DNA of 50,140 nucleotides from a virus (Duplodnaviria; Heunggongvirae; Uroviricota; Caudoviricetes): IMG/VR virus record IMGVR_UViG_2522572023_000006; one strand, 5' to 3'. Shown piece by piece: positions 42,524 to 50,140 of this stretch (position 1 is its first letter; each line of letters starts with the position of its first letter). The notes under the pieces were generated by a model. It saw only the letters and a program-made list of their open reading frames with translations, ran no database searches and was not told where the DNA came from. The position numbers and the translations under genes were made by a program.

Positions 42524-42788
42524 CTCACCAAACAACTAGTCACCAGTTAAGACACCGCAAAAATTTACCCATGGGTATTTACTTTTTAAATACCTATGGG
42601 TATCCTTCTTTTCATACCAACCCACCCCGCCCCACAGAATGCAGGGCAATACTTCGAGTTACCAGGCAGTGGTCAGGGGTTAAGTAGCCAGCCCGAGGCG
42701 TAAGAACATGACGGCAGGGTTCAACTTTAATAACTATGCAGCAGGTTTTTGTTCCGCTACCCCGGCGTTAAGGGGAAATGAGGTCAGC

Positions 42789-42941
42789 ATGGATACTATC
42801 GATCTTGGCAACAACGAATCTCTGGTATGTGGCGTGTTTCCCAATCAGGACGGCACGTTTACCGCGATGACGTATACCAGAAGCAAAACGTTTAAAACTG
42901 AAGCTGGCGCGCGTCGCTGGTTAGCCAGAAACACTGACTGA
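42789..42941 (+). CDS. Small protein YdfA/YdaF-like (DUF1391)
   Basis: 50-aa product MDTIDLGNNESLVCGVFPNQDGTFTAMTYTRSKTFKTEAGARRWLARNTD with RBS GAGGT; first gene after the repressor. Confidence 0.5.
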   Translation: MDTIDLGNNESLVCGVFPNQDGTFTAMTYTRSKTFKTEAGARRWLARNTD

Positions 42942-42952
42942 TGAGGTTGACG

Positions 42953-43591
42953 ATGGAATTTAAAGATTTACCTCCTTCAATCCAGGAGATTGCAGCACAC
43001 ACACTTCGTCATCGTCTGAACGAACTTGAATTGGAATCGGTAACGAAAAAAGACACTGATAATATGGCTCGTAATGTGCGCGATGCGTTTACCGGATTGT
43101 ATTTCTGTGCGTCTATAAATAAACACGACTCAGAGAGTGTGGCAAATAAAATTGCAGAAACGACAGCGCAAAACATCAATACGAAACCAACGGAAGAAGA
43201 AATTGATCAGTTTGCTCATGATGCTGGTTTAAAAAACAAGAAAGAAAAATCGCCATATGCGGGGAACATGTTTGTTTATGACAATCTCATCAGAATTCGT
43301 GGCGAAATTCCGGCGGAATACCTGGCAAGAGTCCATCAGGCATTGCTTAAAAATTTGGAAACAGAATTATTTGATGGCAACACTAACGGTTTCTTCATGG
43401 TATCAGGCCTTGATAAAGACTGGGATGCAGAAAAACGCTGGAATGTTGCTACATGGTTATTCAGTAACAGAGCCGCTGCACTGGAAGCTTCGGCATGTAT
43501 TTGCGGCCTGTTCTTAACAGACCACAAATATAATCTGGATGTGTACAGTTATATTTACGCTGAACACGGTCCACTCTGGATTGACTGGTAA
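42953..43591 (+). CDS. Hypothetical 212-aa protein of unknown function (early-left arm)
   Basis: Start MEFKDLPPSIQ with RBS GAGG; no TM segment and no motif I recognise; directly abuts a convergent 69-aa gene. Confidence 0.45.
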   Translation: MEFKDLPPSIQEIAAHTLRHRLNELELESVTKKDTDNMARNVRDAFTGLYFCASINKHDSESVANKIAETTAQNINTKPTEEEIDQFAHDAGLKNKKEKSPYAGNMFVYDNLIRIRGEIPAEYLARVHQALLKNLETELFDGNTNGFFMVSGLDKDWDAEKRWNVATWLFSNRAAALEASACICGLFLTDHKYNLDVYSYIYAEHGPLWIDW

Positions 43592-43801
43592 TTATAAGGA
43601 AACACCAGCAGGGCCGCGGCGACCAACAGAACGATTAAAATCAATAATGCCATTATAAAGGACATTATTTAATTTATCGTCGAATGCTGATTCTGTGAGC
43701 CTCAACTCTGAATGAGTTTTTAATAACCCTGATTGCCTGAGTTGATTTACCAGGCATTCAATCTGTTTTTCAATAAGCGGATTTCTTTTTTTGTTTGGCA
43801 T
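43592..43801 (-). CDS. Hypothetical 69-aa protein, opposite strand to the early-left operon
   Basis: MPNKKRNPLIEKQIECLVNQLRQSG...; RBS GGAGG; its 3' end touches the 3' end of the 212-aa gene. Confidence 0.4.
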   Translation of the reverse strand: MPNKKRNPLIEKQIECLVNQLRQSGLLKTHSELRLTESAFDDKLNNVLYNGIIDFNRSVGRRGPAGVSL

Positions 43802-44138
43802 TTTATCCTCCATTGAGGTTCTGGGTTAAAAATGGAGACCAACACGCTGTCACGTGTGGTCGTGCGCCGGACACGGATAAGAATCCGGTACTGACAGTTT
43901 ACTGAAAGGATATTTCCCTGAAAAGTCAGGGCATAACGCGAAAGCGTACGGCGAAGCTCTTTCCCTTAGAAGGCTTGTCGTTAGATTTCTTCGAACGTGC
44001 GCTTCCGGTTGTGGCACTCCGCGAAATGGCGCGGCGGTAAGTATGGCGGGGTTATTCCTTCCCCATTGAGGACACCGGGTTGTCAGGTTGACCATACGCT
44101 TAAGTGACAACCCCGCTGCAACGCCCTCTGTTATCAAT

Positions 44139-44196
44139 TTTCTGGTGACGTTTGGCGGTATCAGTTTTACTCCTTGGCTGCTCTGCCGCCCTTTTT
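44139..44196 (+). ncRNA. dicF: DicF-like small RNA with intrinsic terminator
   Basis: TTTCTGGTGACGTTTGGCGGTATCAGTTTTACTCCTTGGCTGCTCTGCCGCCC plus TTTTT: near-identical to the E. coli DicF sRNA as I recall it; GGCGG/CCGCC terminal hairpin; immediately upstream of a DicB-like gene. Confidence 0.65.
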
Positions 44197-44199
44197 AAA

Positions 44200-44348
44200 G
44201 TGAATTTTGTGATGCGGTGAATGCGGCTCAGCGCACGCGGAACAGTTAAAACCAAAAACAGTGTTATGGGTGGATTCTCTGTATCCGGCGTTAATTGTTA
44301 ACTGGTTAACGTCACCTGGAGGCACCAGGCACCGCATCACAAAATTCA
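44200..44348. repeat. 19-bp inverted repeat (GTGAATTTTGTGATGCGGTG / CACCGCATCACAAAATTCA) enclosing about 110 nt
   Basis: Arms at 44200-44219 and 44330-44348; the enclosed segment has GTTAAC direct repeats and a CCTGG...CCAGG palindrome; the right arm ends 17 nt before the dicB-like ATG. Confidence 0.75.
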
Positions 44349-44365
44349 TTGTTGAGGACGCGATA

Positions 44366-44554
44366 ATGGAAACGTTATTACCAAACGTTAATACGTCTGA
44401 AGGTTGTTTTGATATTGGTGTTCTGCTCAGTAACCGGGAGTTTACTGAAGATGCCATTAATATGAGGAAATATGAGCCTTATCTGCTCAATGATAATTCC
44501 ATACTTTCCCGAATTGCTCTTCTTGAACTTGGTATTTTCGGAGAACGTCAATGA
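44366..44554 (+). CDS. dicB: Cell-division inhibitor DicB-like protein
   Basis: 62 aa; N-terminus METLLPNVNTSEGCF resembles DicB; preceded by the DicF-like sRNA as in Qin; RBS GAGGA; ATGA overlap with the next gene. Confidence 0.55.
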   Translation: METLLPNVNTSEGCFDIGVLLSNREFTEDAINMRKYEPYLLNDNSILSRIALLELGIFGERQ

Positions 44555-44739
44555 CTTCAGCATTTGCACTGATGATGACGGTTTTTCTTATAACGGGTGA
44601 ATCACAGAATGTGATTACCGGAATTTATGCCAGTAAAGAATCCTGCCTCCAGGCAAGAGACGAGCAAAAAATTTCTGGTGAATGCCTCCCGGTAAAAAAA
44701 GTATCGCTGTACCTGAATAACGAAACACCGGCTGGATAA
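44551..44739 (+). CDS. Small membrane protein YdfD-like (DUF1482)
   Basis: 62 aa with N-terminal hydrophobic helix; translationally coupled to the dicB-like gene. Confidence 0.5.
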   Translation: MTSAFALMMTVFLITGESQNVITGIYASKESCLQARDEQKISGECLPVKKVSLYLNNETPAG

Positions 44740-44831
44740 CCCTCCAGCCATATTAACACCATACCAACGGATTAAAAATGCCAGCAATGGCAGGGATTTG
44801 TTCACCCTTAAATCTGTAATGAGGTTTATCA

Positions 44832-47294
44832 ATGAGCACTGATAAAGAAGAATTTGCGCTATATTGCGAAGCAAAAAATGACAAAGTCAGAAAACGTCTG
44901 GGAATTAAAGGTGGTTTTTACTGGACTACAGCAAAAAAATTATCTGTTGCCATCTCCCGCTGCATTACCGCAATGGATGACAACGATTATGATGAAGACG
45001 ACTTTAAAAAACCCGTTCGCGTCCATTTACCCGTTGTGAATGACCTTCCACCTGAAGGCGTGTTTGATACCGAATTCTGCAACCGATACGAAAAAGGCGG
45101 GGAAGATGGCATTACAATGGTATTTATCGCGCCCTCTCCCTCCGTGCAGGAGAAACCAGCCAGTACTGACAATACCAACGTCAACGGCGAAGACATGACG
45201 GAGATTGAGGAGAATATGCTCCTGCCGGTTTCTGGTCAGGAGCTGCCCATTCGCTGGCTTGCGCAACACGGCAGCGAAAAACCAGTAACGCACGTTGCAC
45301 GGGAAGAACTTCAGGCATTACATATAGCACGGGCGGAAGAACTGCCGGCTGTTACTGCCCTGGCCATTTCCCACAACACAAAGCTGCTCGACCCGCTGGA
45401 GATTCGCGACCTTCATAAACTGGCACGCGACACTGACAAAGTTTTCCCTAATCCCGGTAATTCAGACCTGGGACTGATAACTGCTTTTTTCGAGGCATAC
45501 CTGGACGCTGACTACACTGATCGGGGTCTGCTGACAAAAGAGTGGATGAAAGGAAATCGTGTTTCGCGTATCACCCGTACGGCTTCCGGTGCAAATGCCG
45601 GTGGCGGGAACAAAACCGATCGCAATCCGAATTTAGTACACACCTTCGATACGCTGGATGTGGAGATTGCAGCAGCCACACTTCCGATGGATTTTAATAT
45701 TTATGAAATTCCGGGCAGCGTTTATCGTCGCGCAAAAGAAATCGTCCTGAAAAGAGAAAGTCCGTTCAAAGAATGGTCCGCAGCACTTCGCGCAACCCCG
45801 GGTATTCTGGACTATTCCCGCGCCGCTATTTTTGCACTTATCCGGAGCGCTCACCCTGAGTTTTATCACTACCCGGGACGCCTTCAGGGGTATATCAACG
45901 CCTACTTAACGGAGACTGATCACGAGAACCCCAGCAAGGAAACTCTCACTGCTGCACGACATACACCGGAAAAAGATATCCTGGAAGAAGTTAACCGCGA
46001 ACTGGCTGCTAAGCAGGAAACAGAAGAAGAAGAAAATGATGAAGAAAAACCGCAACCATCTTGCGCAATGGCAGATGAACAGGCAACGGCTGAAACAGTG
46101 GAACCGGATGCAACTGAACATCATCAGGACACGCAGCCGCTGGATGCTCAGTCACAGGTAAATTCTGTTGATGCGAAATATCAGAAACTGCGGGCAGAAC
46201 TCCATGAAGCCCGGAAAAACATTCCGCCCCAAAATCCTGTCGATGCAGACAAATTACTGGCTGCCTCTCGCGGAGAATTTGTTGAAGGGATTAGCGACCC
46301 GAATGATCCGAAATGGATTAAGGGGATCCAGACCCGCGATTCTGTGTACCAGAATCAGCCAGAAACGGAACAGAACGACCAGAAAGCGGAACAGAACAGC
46401 CCAAATACGCAACAAAACGAGCCAGAAACGAAACAACCTGAACCAGTAGTGCAACAGGAACCGGAAAAGATCTGCACCGCCTGCGGTCAGAGGAGTGGCG
46501 GCAACTGCCCTGATTGTGGCGCGGTGATGGGCGACGCAACATACCAGGAAACATTCGATGACAAGAACCTGGTTGAAGTTCAGGAAGACGATTCGGAGAA
46601 AATGGAAGGCGCTGAACATCCACACAAGGAGAATGCTGGCAGCGCTCAGGACCACGCCAGCGATAGTGAAACTGGCGAGACGGCAGATCCCTTAATTACG
46701 GTGAACGGTCATCGCATTATCACATCCACCAGCAGGACGTGTGACCATCTAATGATCGACCTTGAAACCATGGGAAAAAATCCTGATGCCCCGATTATCT
46801 CAATAGGTGCAATATTTTTCGATCCGCAAACCGGAGATATGGGACCGGAATTTAGTAAGACTATCGATCTGGAAACTGCTGGCGGAGTCATTGATCGGGA
46901 CACCATTAAATGGTGGCTTAAGCAATCACGCGAAGCGCAATCTGCCATTATGACCGATGAAATCCCGTTAGATGATGCACTGTTACAATTGCGGGAATTT
47001 ATCGACGAAAACTCCGGTGAATTTTTTGTTCAGGTCTGGGGAAATGGAGCCAACTTCGACAACACGATTTTGCGCCGTTCATACGAACGGCAGGGGATCC
47101 CCTGCCCGTGGCGTTACTACAACGATCGCGATGTGCGCACAATCGTTGAGCTGGGGAAAGCCATAGACTTCGATGCCAGAACGGCTATTCCATTCGAAGG
47201 TGAGCGCCATAATGCACTTGATGACGCCCGTTACCAGGCAAAATACGTTTCAGTTATCTGGCAAAAACTGATCCCGAGTCAGGCTGATTCTTAA
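44832..47294 (+). CDS. Large early protein with C-terminal DEDDh (DnaQ-like) 3'-5' exonuclease domain
   Basis: 820 aa; C-terminal motifs [29 protein letters not shown]; central Gln/Glu/Pro-rich low-complexity segment from short DNA repeats; CxxC-x8-CxxC zinc ribbon. Confidence 0.65.
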   Translation: MSTDKEEFALYCEAKNDKVRKRLGIKGGFYWTTAKKLSVAISRCITAMDDNDYDEDDFKKPVRVHLPVVNDLPPEGVFDTEFCNRYEKGGEDGITMVFIAPSPSVQEKPASTDNTNVNGEDMTEIEENMLLPVSGQELPIRWLAQHGSEKPVTHVAREELQALHIARAEELPAVTALAISHNTKLLDPLEIRDLHKLARDTDKVFPNPGNSDLGLITAFFEAYLDADYTDRGLLTKEWMKGNRVSRITRTASGANAGGGNKTDRNPNLVHTFDTLDVEIAAATLPMDFNIYEIPGSVYRRAKEIVLKRESPFKEWSAALRATPGILDYSRAAIFALIRSAHPEFYHYPGRLQGYINAYLTETDHENPSKETLTAARHTPEKDILEEVNRELAAKQETEEEENDEEKPQPSCAMADEQATAETVEPDATEHHQDTQPLDAQSQVNSVDAKYQKLRAELHEARKNIPPQNPVDADKLLAASRGEFVEGISDPNDPKWIKGIQTRDSVYQNQPETEQNDQKAEQNSPNTQQNEPETKQPEPVVQQEPEKICTACGQRSGGNCPDCGAVMGDATYQETFDDKNLVEVQEDDSEKMEGAEHPHKENAGSAQDHASDSETGETADPLITVNGHRIITSTSRTCDHLMIDLETMGKNPDAPIISIGAIFFDPQTGDMGPEFSKTIDLETAGGVIDRDTIKWWLKQSREAQSAIMTDEIPLDDALLQLREFIDENSGEFFVQVWGNGANFDNTILRRSYERQGIPCPWRYYNDRDVRTIVELGKAIDFDARTAIPFEGERHNALDDARYQAKYVSVIWQKLIPSQADS

Positions 47295-47366
47295 TGTTCA
47301 ACTGTCGCCGGTTGTGACTGGTATTCTGCAACCGGCGCTCGTCTGATGTAAGAGATAAAGAAAGCG

Positions 47367-47618
47367 ATGAGCGAAGTAATCATGATCGTCTCTCCCGGCA
47401 AATGGGTATCCGAAGAGCAGTTAATTGCGCTGAAAGGAATAAAAAAAGGTACGTTAAAAAAGGCCCGGGAAAAATCGTTTATGGAAGGAAGGGAATATAA
47501 GCATGTCGCTCATGACGGTATGCCATGGGATAACAGTCCATGCTTTTACAACCTGGAAGAAATTGATCGCTGGATTGAGCGCCAGGCATCTGCAAGACCA
47601 AGACGTCATCTTGCTTGA
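47367..47618 (+). CDS. Excisionase-like protein (Xis)
   Basis: 83-aa basic ORF immediately upstream of the integrase. Confidence 0.55.
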   Translation: MSEVIMIVSPGKWVSEEQLIALKGIKKGTLKKAREKSFMEGREYKHVAHDGMPWDNSPCFYNLEEIDRWIERQASARPRRHLA

Positions 47619-47637
47619 CTAAAAGCAACACGAACCA

Positions 47638-48933
47638 ATGAGAGAAGCTGAAATGAAATATCCGACAGGCGTGGAAAACCATGGAGGGAAATTACGTATC
47701 TGGTTTGTTTATAAAGGTGTAAGAGTCCGGGAAAATCTTGGGGTTCCTGACACAGCAAAAAACAGGCGCATTGCAGGTGAGCTACGCGCCTCTGTTTGTT
47801 ACGCAATAAAAACTGGCGCTTTCGACTATGCAAAACAGTTTCCCGCCTCACACAATCTGGAAAAATTTGGTGAGGCCCGACAAGATTTAACCATAAAAGA
47901 ACTGGCTGAAAAATTTCTGGCACTGAAAGAAACTGAAGTCGCAAAAACGTCACTCAACACGTACCGTGCCGTCATCAAAAATATTCTGAGCATAATCGGT
48001 GAAAAAAATCTTGCATCATCGATTAATAAAGAAAAATTGCTGGCGGTACGTAAAGAGTTACTGACTGGATACCAGATCCCCAAAAGTAACTATATTGTTA
48101 CACAACCAGGGAGATCGGCTGTTACCGTAAATAATTACATGACAAATCTTTACGCCGTGTTCCAGTTTGGTGTTGATAACGGTTATCTGGCAGACAATCC
48201 ATTTAAGGGGATCTCACCATTAAAGGAGTCGAGAACCATCCCGGATCCACTTTCGCGGGAGGAGTTTATCCGCCTTATTGACGCGTGCAGAAATCAGCAA
48301 GCCAAAAATTTATGGTGTGTTTCCGTTTATACTGGGATTCGCCCTGGTGAACTCTGTGCGCTTGGATGGGAAGATATAGATCTGAAAAATGGAACAATGA
48401 TAATCAGAAGAAATCTGGCAAAAGACCGTTTTACAGTACCAAAAACACAGGCGGGAACCAATCGTGTGATTCACCTTATTAAGCCCGCAATCGACGCTCT
48501 CCGGAGTCAGATGGCACTAACGAGACTGAGCAAAGAGCATATCATCGATGTTCACCTCAGAGAATTCGGCAGAACAGAGAAACAAAAATGTACCTTTGTT
48601 TTTCAACCTGAAGTGTCAGCGAAAGTAAAAAATTATGGTGACCATTTTACCGTTGACTCAATAAGGCAGATGTGGGACGCAGCGGTAAAGCGTGCCGGAA
48701 TCCGCCATCGCAAATCGTATCAGTCGAGACACACTTATGCCTGCTGGTCGTTAACAGCAGGAGCTAACCCGGCATTCATTGCAAACCAGATGGGCCATGC
48801 AGATGCGCAAATGGTGTTTCAGGTGTACGGGAAATGGATGTCAGAAAATAATAATGCGCAGGTAACGCTGTTAAATACACAGTTAAGCGAGTTTGCCCCA
48901 ACCATGCCCCATAACGAAGCGATGAAAAGTTAA
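47638..48933 (+). CDS. Tyrosine-type site-specific integrase
   Basis: 431-aa ORF; C-terminal catalytic region with R...HxxR...Y arrangement (SRHTYACWSLTAGANPAFIANQMGHAD ... YGKW); 3' end faces the att site; start may be the Met at 47653. Confidence 0.85.
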   Translation: MREAEMKYPTGVENHGGKLRIWFVYKGVRVRENLGVPDTAKNRRIAGELRASVCYAIKTGAFDYAKQFPASHNLEKFGEARQDLTIKELAEKFLALKETEVAKTSLNTYRAVIKNILSIIGEKNLASSINKEKLLAVRKELLTGYQIPKSNYIVTQPGRSAVTVNNYMTNLYAVFQFGVDNGYLADNPFKGISPLKESRTIPDPLSREEFIRLIDACRNQQAKNLWCVSVYTGIRPGELCALGWEDIDLKNGTMIIRRNLAKDRFTVPKTQAGTNRVIHLIKPAIDALRSQMALTRLSKEHIIDVHLREFGRTEKQKCTFVFQPEVSAKVKNYGDHFTVDSIRQMWDAAVKRAGIRHRKSYQSRHTYACWSLTAGANPAFIANQMGHADAQMVFQVYGKWMSENNNAQVTLLNTQLSEFAPTMPHNEAMKS

Positions 48934-48970
48934 TTTTTTATTTATCAATTAGTTAGATTGAATGACTCTT

Positions 48971-48981
48971 GAAATCCATAA
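48971..48981. repeat. Candidate attR core (GAAATCCATAA)
   Basis: Exact repeat of 1276-1286; the rspB-side flank reads, on the minus strand, as a host-like upstream sequence ending in ATGGATTTC (first codons of the transporter) before diverging. Confidence 0.5.
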
Positions 48982-49120
48982 ATTCAAGCGCAGTGCCCAG
49001 CCATCCCGATACTGCTGCTTTCACCAAATCCTTAGTGCTTCTTTCGTGTTTTTCTATTGTCATAATGGTTATCTCTAAAAAAGAGGTAAGATGCGTACTA
49101 CTTACTCGCCGTTATTGGTA

Positions 49121-50140
49121 TTATTCAGAAAAAGTGAGTAAGACTTTGCAGCAATGTTTTTGATCCTGTTCAAATAAACTAATGGCATCAGCAACATGCT
49201 GGAATTCAAACGTATGGGTAATTAATTTTTCTGGTTCAATTAACCCTTTACTTAACCAGTCGATAACGACCGGGAATTTATTTGCATTTAAGCGTGAAGA
49301 GAAAATAGAGAGTTCTTTTCCGGTAATTAGTTGCTGAATCACTTCAGAAGGTTCACTGGAGAAGCCCATCAATACAATACGTGCCGCTGGAGAAGCCAGC
49401 GTTACGGCCTCTTTCAGGATAGAAGGATGACAAGCCGCATCGATAATTAATGTCGGCTTGATGCCTTTTTCAGCGAAAATCTCGCCAAGCGGTGTCTGGC
49501 TGTTATTAATCACCCAGTCAGCCCCGCTCTCTTTCGCTTTTTCCAGTCGTTCATCAATGCGATCGGCAACAATCACATTTTTAACGTTATAGACGCCTTT
49601 TAATACCTGAACGATCGTCAGGCCGATTGGACCGGCACCGTAAACCAGAACGGTATCATTTTCAGTCGGTTGACCATGACCGGTTACGTTAGCCGCAATG
49701 GTAAAAGGTTCGATCATTACCGCATATTGATCGGCCACTGCTTCAGGAATTTTCCACGCATTTTTTGCCGGAACCACGGCATATTCACTGAAACCACCGT
49801 CAGCGTGCACACCTAATACAGCCAGTGTCGTACAAACGTTCGGCTTACCTATTGAGCACGGATAGCAATGCCCACAGCTGACCACCGGATCGACAGCAAC
49901 ACGTTCACCGACTCTGGCGCTTTCCACGCCGTCACCCACTGCATCAATGACGCCAAAGAATTCATGACCAATGACGCGCGGATATTTCGCAAAAGGATTA
50001 TGCCCACGATAAATATGGCTATCTGAACCACAAATTCCGGCAAGTTTCACTTTTACTCGTACTTCACCCGCTGACGGGGTGGGTATTTCACGTTCGACAA
50101 TCGCCAGTTGATTCGTTTTTTCAATTAATATGCTTTTCAT
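49121..50140 (-). CDS. rspB: Zinc-binding alcohol/polyol dehydrogenase (host gene at right junction)
   Basis: 339-aa ORF with GHEFFG and GAGPIG Rossmann motifs and Cys ligands; matches my recollection of E. coli RspB. Confidence 0.7.
   Translation of the reverse strand: MKSILIEKTNQLAIVEREIPTPSAGEVRVKVKLAGICGSDSHIYRGHNPFAKYPRVIGHEFFGVIDAVGDGVESARVGERVAVDPVVSCGHCYPCSIGKPNVCTTLAVLGVHADGGFSEYAVVPAKNAWKIPEAVADQYAVMIEPFTIAANVTGHGQPTENDTVLVYGAGPIGLTIVQVLKGVYNVKNVIVADRIDERLEKAKESGADWVINNSQTPLGEIFAEKGIKPTLIIDAACHPSILKEAVTLASPAARIVLMGFSSEPSEVIQQLITGKELSIFSSRLNANKFPVVIDWLSKGLIEPEKLITHTFEFQHVADAISLFEQDQKHCCKVLLTFSE

Noticed and set aside
44200-44348. The 19-bp inverted repeat enclosing about 110 nt considered as a retron msr/msd locus
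   Set aside because: No reverse transcriptase gene follows; the downstream genes are DicB-like and YdfD-like, so an RNA-processing or translational control structure is more plausible.
43850-44457. Two minus-strand ORFs (43850-44137 and 44167-44457, about 95 aa) across the DicF region
   Set aside because: They overlap the DicF-like sRNA and the inverted repeat on the opposite strand, and their composition (Pro/Arg/Cys-rich) is not protein-like; the region is better explained as structured RNA.

Overview
The window is almost entirely one lambdoid prophage (about 47.7 kb, roughly 1276-48981) sitting between two host genes: an MFS transporter (1-1284, minus; YdfJ-like) and a zinc-dependent dehydrogenase (49121-50140, minus; RspB-like). 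An 11-bp direct repeat GAAATCCATAA at both ends (1276-1286 and 48971-48981) is the likely att core and overlaps the transporter start codon. The prophage is inverted relative to the standard lambda map and is a mosaic. From left to right: a cargo region with an NleC-like zinc-metalloprotease effector; a collagen-repeat side tail fibre and lom; a lambda-like tail and head module (J, I, K, L, M, H, G/G-T, V, U, Z, FII, FI, E, D, C, B, W, A, Nu1) ending at a lambda-type cos site; a PerC/Pch-like regulator; a phage-21/Qin-type lysis cassette (pinholin, YdfR-like, SAR endolysin, Rz/Rz1); a late region with NanS-like esterase, a defective Ile2-like tRNA, an orphan DNA methyltransferase and a Q-like antiterminator; RusA, a DUF968/HNH protein and a Hok toxin; a replication module (O-like with internal iterons, DnaC-like loader); a Rac-like immunity switch (YdaT-like, Cro/YdaS-like, divergent repressor); and an early-left arm carrying a DicF sRNA, DicB-like and YdfD-like genes, a large DEDDh exonuclease, Xis and a tyrosine integrase. 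No CRISPR array, IS element or rRNA was seen. All family assignments rest on reading the translations and motifs by eye, with no database search. Coordinates of adjusted starts were derived by frame arithmetic from the ORF track; sites read directly off the sequence may be off by a base or two. The most promising candidates for something uncharacterised are the convergent 212-aa/69-aa gene pair in the early-left arm, a 34-aa hydrophobic peptide near hok, and a small membrane protein inside the lysis cassette.
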